A program made the translations under genes and the position numbers. 64,000 nucleotides of DNA, taken from an uncultured Gammaproteobacteria bacterium (GTDB lineage Bacteria > Patescibacteriota > Microgenomatia > UBA8517). Shown in pieces: positions 58,589-64,000 of this stretch. The number at the start of each line of letters is the position of its first letter. The stretch's first letter is position 1. The stretch covers positions 12,095 through 76,094 of the forward strand of contig CAZTVZ010000002.1 in assembly GCA_964617045.1 (NCBI GenBank). The letters run 5' to 3'. The notes beneath the pieces are model-generated. The model had not been told where the DNA came from, searched no databases, and saw only the letters and a list, made by a program, of their open reading frames with translations.

Positions 58589-60063
58589 AAAAACTGTTTA
58601 CACCGCTTAATATGCTTCTTTTTTCTATTTTGGTTATTGCTCTGGTTTTAAGGATTAATCACACGGAAAGAATTCTCGGTTTTTGGTATGACCAAGGAAG
58701 AGATGCTCAAGTAGTTTGGGATTTTATACACAAAGGAAAGTTTTTCTTGATTGGACCTACAACCGGTATTGAAGGTATTTTTAGAGGCCCCTGGTACTAT
58801 TGGCTAATTACACCCTTTTATTTTTTGTCCAAAGGAAACCCTGTTCTTCCGGCAATGTTTCTTGCCTCAACAACCGTTTTGGGAATATATTTTCTTTATA
58901 AAATCGGTGAAAGATTGGGAGGAGTAAAAACAGGGATATTTGCATCGGTACTTGCCACGTTGTCTTTCTACCTTGTTTCGGCATCAAGATGGTTAAGTAA
59001 TCCCACACCGATGTTCCTCATCAGCACTTTAACGGTTTGGTTTTTGCTAAGGTTTATTGACGGGAAGAAGTTTTCTCTTATTTGGGTGGGTCTATTAACG
59101 GGACTTGCAATTCAGTTCGGTTCGGCAGCTGAGGTTTTTTATATCCCTTCAATTTTTATTCTTTTACTTATTTACAAAAAGAAAATTAAAAATATTGGCA
59201 AATTGATACTACCGGCGATGATGTTTGTTCTCATTTTTATTCCACAGCTGTGGTTCAATTTCCGACACGATGGTGTATTTTTGGCGGCATTAAATAAATT
59301 TTTGGTTGAAGAGCAAAGTTTTAAATTATCTTTTTGGCAAATGATACAGGTAAGATTTCCTTTTTATCTCGACATGATTTCCTCAAAATTCTGGTTAAAC
59401 GATGTTAAGGCGTTTACTCCGTTTGTCGGTGCCGTAATTGCGGCAATGATTATGTATTGGAAAGAAATGTGGAAGAAAGACGAATTTAAGATTATTTTTA
59501 TTTTTACACTGACACCTTTTTTGGGAATGCTGTTTTTCCAAGGAAACCACGGAAATGTATATGAATATTATTTTTCGGGTTACTTTTATCTTTGGATTCT
59601 CCTTTTTGCTTATTGTTTGATAATGCTTGCGAGAAGTTTTGTCGGAAAGATTGTATTAATTGTTTTTATGGGGATATTCCTTTTCAAAAACATTCCTTTG
59701 TCTTATGGAATGGCTTTTAGAATGGGAGATGATGGAACCTCCGCAATATACTTGAGCAATCAAAAAAAGATAATCGATTGGATATACGATGATGCTACAG
59801 ATCAACCTTTTAATATCGATGTTTATGTTCCCCCTGTAATACCGCATGCATACAACTATCTCTTTGAATGGTATGGTGGGACTGTTAAGGAGAGACAGCC
59901 GAATAAAGAATTGGTGGATACTTTGTACACGATATATGAACTTGATATTCCCCATCCCGAAAGACTTGATGTTTGGTTAAAACGTCAGGATACGATAGGC
60001 AAGGTTGTTGACGAATACAGATATGGAGGAATAACCGTACAAAAAAGGATTAGAATCCAATGA
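58585..60063 (+). CDS. GT-C fold membrane glycosyltransferase, paralog 2
   Basis: YDQGRD and LIGPTTGIEGIFRGPWYYWL; ATGA overlap with paralog 1. Confidence 0.65.
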   Translation: MKKLFTPLNMLLFSILVIALVLRINHTERILGFWYDQGRDAQVVWDFIHKGKFFLIGPTTGIEGIFRGPWYYWLITPFYFLSKGNPVLPAMFLASTTVLGIYFLYKIGERLGGVKTGIFASVLATLSFYLVSASRWLSNPTPMFLISTLTVWFLLRFIDGKKFSLIWVGLLTGLAIQFGSAAEVFYIPSIFILLLIYKKKIKNIGKLILPAMMFVLIFIPQLWFNFRHDGVFLAALNKFLVEEQSFKLSFWQMIQVRFPFYLDMISSKFWLNDVKAFTPFVGAVIAAMIMYWKEMWKKDEFKIIFIFTLTPFLGMLFFQGNHGNVYEYYFSGYFYLWILLFAYCLIMLARSFVGKIVLIVFMGIFLFKNIPLSYGMAFRMGDDGTSAIYLSNQKKIIDWIYDDATDQPFNIDVYVPPVIPHAYNYLFEWYGGTVKERQPNKELVDTLYTIYELDIPHPERLDVWLKRQDTIGKVVDEYRYGGITVQKRIRIQ

Positions 60064-61541
60064 TTAATAAAATACTTAAAAGCCCGCTGTTTTATTTGAT
60101 CTTGATAGTTATCATTGCAACAGGATTGAGATTGTTCAGACTTTCCGATTATTTTTACTATGCACACGATAACGATTTGGCCGCATGGATGGTGAAGGAC
60201 ATTGTAAAAAATGGACACCTTAGATTAATCGGACAGGAGACCTCAACGGCAGGAATATTTATTGGTCCATTTTTTTACTATCTTATGATTCCGTTCTTTT
60301 TACTTACTAATCTCGATCCGATTGGAATTACTTATTCTGGAATTATTCTTGGTATCGTAACGACACTCAGTTTCTTTTATGTATTTTACTCAACTCACAA
60401 CAAAAAAGTTGCTTTTATTGCAACCATTATCTATGCAACATCGCAATATTTGGTTTTCAACGACAAGGAGATTGTTCCTACGATGTTTGTTTATCTTTGG
60501 ACTGTTTGGTATTACTTCGCTATAAAAAAGCTATTGGATGGAAAAAAGATTGGTTATATTGTTTCGGGTATACTAATCAGTTTTATTTGGCATATAAATT
60601 TTGCTCTTGTGCTTCTTCTTCCTTTAATCCCCGTTGCAATCCTAATGTCAGGAAAGAAATTGAATTATAGATATATTCTTTATGGATTATTGGCAATTAT
60701 TCCCATGTCCATTCCGTTATTACTGTTTGAATTTAGACATGGATTCATGCAGATAAACGCTTTAATTACCTCGCTTACAACAACTCAAAGCCAAGTATTC
60801 ACGCTTTCGGAAAGATTCAATAGAGTATTGGAGTTATCCGGGAAAAACTTAAAAAGCCTTCTTCTCCCGGGAATATTCGAAGGGGCAAGTATGTATGCAA
60901 CGATAGTTGGGGTTATAGTACTTTTCCTGGCAATATATAAAAAAATAATGGATAAAAAAACCGGAATATTAATTTTCTCCTGGATACTTTTATATATGCT
61001 TTTCTTTACTTTTTATTCAAAGATATTATCTGAATATTATTTAAACGGAATGATTGTTGCCTGGATTGTTGTTTTTTCTATTCTTATCGGAAGACTTTTT
61101 GAAATGAATAACAAGACAAAAATTTTGGGTGCTCTTTTAATGTTTATGGTTGTTGAATCAAACTTGGAGGCAATATATTTGATGCCAATAAATAAAAGCG
61201 GATATTTACACAGAAAAGAAATTGTCAGATTAATAGACGAGGACAGGCAAAAACAGGATTATCCTTGTGTATCGGTTTCTTATATCACTGAGGTCGGCAA
61301 TGATTTGGGATATCGATTCTTTTTTTATCTGAGAGATATGCATGTCGGTAAACCGGCCGGTGGTGCACCCGTTTATTCAATTGTTTATCCTTTATCAATG
61401 GTAGACAAAGTAGACTTGGAGGTCGGTGCTTTGGGTCTCATTTATCCTGACTATAAAAAATACAGTAAAGCCGAAATCGAAAAAGTGTGTTCAGGTGAAA
61501 ATCCCAACTTATTTGAGCCGATGTTCGGGTATACTGAATAG
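60060..61541 (+). CDS. GT-C fold membrane glycosyltransferase, paralog 3
   Basis: HDNDLAAW and LIGQETSTAGIFIGPFFYYL; overlap with paralog 2. Confidence 0.65.
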   Translation: MINKILKSPLFYLILIVIIATGLRLFRLSDYFYYAHDNDLAAWMVKDIVKNGHLRLIGQETSTAGIFIGPFFYYLMIPFFLLTNLDPIGITYSGIILGIVTTLSFFYVFYSTHNKKVAFIATIIYATSQYLVFNDKEIVPTMFVYLWTVWYYFAIKKLLDGKKIGYIVSGILISFIWHINFALVLLLPLIPVAILMSGKKLNYRYILYGLLAIIPMSIPLLLFEFRHGFMQINALITSLTTTQSQVFTLSERFNRVLELSGKNLKSLLLPGIFEGASMYATIVGVIVLFLAIYKKIMDKKTGILIFSWILLYMLFFTFYSKILSEYYLNGMIVAWIVVFSILIGRLFEMNNKTKILGALLMFMVVESNLEAIYLMPINKSGYLHRKEIVRLIDEDRQKQDYPCVSVSYITEVGNDLGYRFFFYLRDMHVGKPAGGAPVYSIVYPLSMVDKVDLEVGALGLIYPDYKKYSKAEIEKVCSGENPNLFEPMFGYTE

Positions 61542-61545
61542 ACAT

Positions 61546-62298
61546 ATGTTTTTAACCGTAATTATTCCTTGTTATAACGAATCAGCCAATCTGAAAAGAG
61601 GGGTTTTGAGAGATGTTTATAAATATCTCTCCGGAAAGATGTTTTCTTGGGAGGTACTTGTTTCGGACGACGGATCGACCGACGACAGCAAGGATGTAAT
61701 CAAAAAAGAAATTGCAAAACTGCGAGGTTTTAAACTTCTTGAAAATCCACACGGAGGAAAACCGTCGGCCCTTCTCTATGGAATCCGTGCTGCGAAAGGG
61801 GATTATATATTGTTTACAGACATGGACCAATCAACACCAATCACGGAATTGGAAAAGTTAATTCCTTTTGTTAAAGATAACGATGTGGTAATCGGTTCGA
61901 GAGGAATGAAGAGGGAAAATTTTCCTCTTTACAGAAAAATGGGTGCGGCGGTGTTTATGAGCATCAGAAGAGCTCTTATTCTTCCCGAAATAAAAGATAC
62001 GCAATGCGGATTTAAATTGTTTGAAGCAAATGCTCTTAAAAAAGCATTTCCAAAGTTGGAGTTTTTTCAAAAGAATGAAAAAGTTGTCGGATGGAAGGTT
62101 ACTTCGTTTGATGTCGAATTATTGCAAATCTTGAAAATGATGCGCAAGAAAATAAAAGAAATTACCGTTACCTGGATCGACGAAGACACAAGTAGTAGTA
62201 AAGGTGGAGGATTATCGAGATATGTTAAAGAATCCAAAGAAATGCTTTTACAAATATTGAGGGTAAAAATTAACGAACTCCGCGGCGTATACAAATGA
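61546..62298 (+). CDS. GT2 polyprenyl-phosphate glycosyltransferase (Dpm1-like)
   Basis: VIIPCYNESANL, LVSDDGSTDDS, TDMDQST. ATG at 61546 preferred over ORF-track start 61426, which lies inside the upstream gene. Confidence 0.8.
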   Translation: MFLTVIIPCYNESANLKRGVLRDVYKYLSGKMFSWEVLVSDDGSTDDSKDVIKKEIAKLRGFKLLENPHGGKPSALLYGIRAAKGDYILFTDMDQSTPITELEKLIPFVKDNDVVIGSRGMKRENFPLYRKMGAAVFMSIRRALILPEIKDTQCGFKLFEANALKKAFPKLEFFQKNEKVVGWKVTSFDVELLQILKMMRKKIKEITVTWIDEDTSSSKGGGLSRYVKESKEMLLQILRVKINELRGVYK

Positions 62299-63818
62299 AA
62301 CAATTTTTGAAAGACAAAAAGGCAATGCTTATTCTTGGTGTTTTGTTAGTGTTGGGAATTATTTTCAGGTTTGTAAATTTGACACAGGTTCCGGTATTTG
62401 CCGATGAAGCGATATATTTAAGATGGGCTCAAATAATGAGAGCCGAAGAGACATTGAGATTTCTTCCGCTTTCCGATGGAAAACAACCCCTCTATATGTG
62501 GACAGTCATTCCCTTTTTTAAATTTATTTCCGATCCTCTTGTTGCAGGAAGAATTCTTTCTATTCTTACGGGGCTTGCAACGGGAATTTTTATATATCTT
62601 TCTTCCCGTCTTCTTTTTGAAAACAAAAAAGTTGCAATATTAGCATTTGCCATTTCGATGTTGTCACCATTTTTAATATTCTTCAACAAACTTGCTCTTG
62701 TTGATTCAATGCTAGCAATGTTTGGGGTAATGACTTTTTTCTTTACTTTACTTACGGCAAAAACAAGAAGGAATGATTGGGCGATAGTTGCAGGTGCATG
62801 TTTAGGTGCCGCATATCTCACCAAATCACCGGCATTGTTTTTTGCTTTAGGAATCCCTTTTTCTCTTCTTCTGTTTTCTTATAAAGGAAAAGGGTTTAAG
62901 GGAATATTAAATGCAATATTTTTGATTGCCTTGATTGAAATAATCGGTTACGCAATTAGTAATATATTAAGACTTGGCCCAAATTTTCATTTAATCAAAA
63001 TGAGAAATATGGATTATGTTTATCCGATTAACCACATACTCGAAAGTCCGTTTTCTCCTTTTGTTTCTCATTTTAAAGCATCATTCGAATATCTATGGAT
63101 AATGGGACCGTCTGCGTTATTAGGTTTATTCTTTTTGGGGATCTTCACAAATCTCAGAAAATATTGGAGGGAAATAATCTTCACTTTGGCATTTATTGCA
63201 ATTCCACTTATAGCCAACAGTGAATATGCAAAGGTATATACGGCAAGATATATGTTGTACATGGTGCCTTTTATCGCCCTATTGGCGGGAAATGCAATCG
63301 ACTATAAAAACAAAGTATTAAATGTGGTAGTAAATATTTTGATTATTTTATTTATTGGTCATAGTATGTTTATCAATTTGGAAACAATATATGCTGTCGA
63401 AAAAGTGAATCTTCCGAGGGGAGAAAGATCTGGTTATTTTGAAGAATGGACTGCCGGATACGGGATTAAAGAAATATCGGAATTTCTTAAAGAAGAACGT
63501 AAGGATAATCCAAATAAAAAGATAGTAGTCGGAACTGAAGGATATTTTGGAACCCTACCCGACGGACTTCAAATGTATATGAGTGATACTCCTGAAGTAA
63601 TCGTAATCGGTGTCGGATTAGGGATTGATAGAATTCCGAATCCTCTTTTAGAATCATTCAAAAGTGGAAATAGTACTTATCTTGTTGTTAATAATTCCAG
63701 ATTGTTGGGTAACCCGGAGAAGATGGGAATGGAAATTGTGGCGGCTTATCCAAAACAAGTCAGACCTGACGGATCAAGAGAGTCATTGTATCTGCTTAAA
63801 GTGAAAGGAATTAGATAA
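62295..63818 (+). CDS. GT-C fold membrane glycosyltransferase (ArnT/PMT_2-like, DE motif), paralog 4
   Basis: VFADEAIYLRWAQ first-loop motif typical of ArnT/GT39/GT83. Multi-TM. Confidence 0.7.
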   Translation: MKQFLKDKKAMLILGVLLVLGIIFRFVNLTQVPVFADEAIYLRWAQIMRAEETLRFLPLSDGKQPLYMWTVIPFFKFISDPLVAGRILSILTGLATGIFIYLSSRLLFENKKVAILAFAISMLSPFLIFFNKLALVDSMLAMFGVMTFFFTLLTAKTRRNDWAIVAGACLGAAYLTKSPALFFALGIPFSLLLFSYKGKGFKGILNAIFLIALIEIIGYAISNILRLGPNFHLIKMRNMDYVYPINHILESPFSPFVSHFKASFEYLWIMGPSALLGLFFLGIFTNLRKYWREIIFTLAFIAIPLIANSEYAKVYTARYMLYMVPFIALLAGNAIDYKNKVLNVVVNILIILFIGHSMFINLETIYAVEKVNLPRGERSGYFEEWTAGYGIKEISEFLKEERKDNPNKKIVVGTEGYFGTLPDGLQMYMSDTPEVIVIGVGLGIDRIPNPLLESFKSGNSTYLVVNNSRLLGNPEKMGMEIVAAYPKQVRPDGSRESLYLLKVKGIR

Positions 63819-64000
63819 TGGCTAATGCTCCCGGGGATAACCTGGATCCTACCGACGAGATTAATTTATCAACCGTTAAAGAAAGGGCGGTCAAAGGTGT
63901 TGTTGTCTTAACCGGTAGAACATTTTTTCTTAGTATTATTTCGCTTGTTGCCACCGGTCTTCTTACAGTATTTTTGGATCCTAGCGAATTCGGTATTTTT
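63818..64000 (+). CDS. polysaccharide/oligosaccharide flippase-like membrane protein (Wzx/MOP-type), 3'-partial
   Basis: N-terminus followed by first TM helices; runs off the window end. Assignment from position and TM pattern only. Confidence 0.4.
   Translation, partial: MANAPGDNLDPTDEINLSTVKERAVKGVVVLTGRTFFLSIISLVATGLLTVFLDPSEFGIF

Noticed and set aside
1-64000. CRISPR arrays, rRNA, diversity-generating retroelement
   Set aside because: No short direct-repeat/spacer arrays, no rRNA-like conserved stretches and no reverse-transcriptase (YxDD) ORF found in any frame despite the presence of giant surface proteins.

Overview
This window is AT-rich, gene-dense bacterial DNA, almost all coding, with short overlapping genes and weak ribosome-binding sites. 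The gene content resembles a small-genome Patescibacteria/CPR-like organism; this is an inference from giant surface proteins, a sortase with an LPATG substrate, a 99-aa minimal TsaB, class I LysRS and RF2. All calls rest on motifs read by eye from the translations; no searches were run.

The window runs as follows:
- 1 to 5.9 kb: the right end of a phage-derived integrative element. It carries a ParB-methyltransferase fusion (5'-partial), TerS, TerL, an XRE repressor, a zinc-ribbon membrane protein and a large serine recombinase. The recombinase abuts a truncated MltG/YceG-like gene, which was probably split by the insertion.
- 6.1 to 7.2 kb: an Hsp20 gene, an intergenic region with several hairpins, and tRNA-Gln(CUG).
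- 7.3 to 12.9 kb: an undecaprenyl-phosphate recycling cluster (UppP, DgkA-like kinase, L,D-transpeptidase, PAP2), Lon protease, a SIMPL protein and tRNA-Glu(CUC). Both hsp20 and lon have promoters containing near-identical CIRCE-like inverted repeats.
- 13.9 to 19.2 kb: a 1764-aa LamG/FN3 surface protein.
- 19.4 to 36.3 kb: housekeeping genes, namely greA with a terminator-bearing leader, class I lysK, HD hydrolase, serS, alkD-like, rarA, secA, FKBP, tgt and prfB (no frameshift). Also here are a bactofilin-membrane fusion and an 871-aa surface protein.
- 36.3 to 43.3 kb: ftsEX followed by a coiled-coil C39-like peptidase (a PcsB-like arrangement), LTD and VanZ proteins, and tsaE-galE-mini-tsaB.
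- 42.7 to 49.4 kb: a surface-anchoring locus with a sortase, a 1389-aa LPATG protein, an FN3 protein and a CAP-domain protein.
- 50.3 to 64 kb: the most unusual region. A dTDP-deoxyhexose pathway that uses an FdtA-like 3,4-ketoisomerase and lacks RmlC sits upstream of three Dpm1-like GT2 genes and four tandem paralogous GT-C membrane glycosyltransferases, with a flippase-like gene at the window end. I read this as a candidate surface glycosylation system.

No CRISPR array, reverse transcriptase or rRNA was seen.
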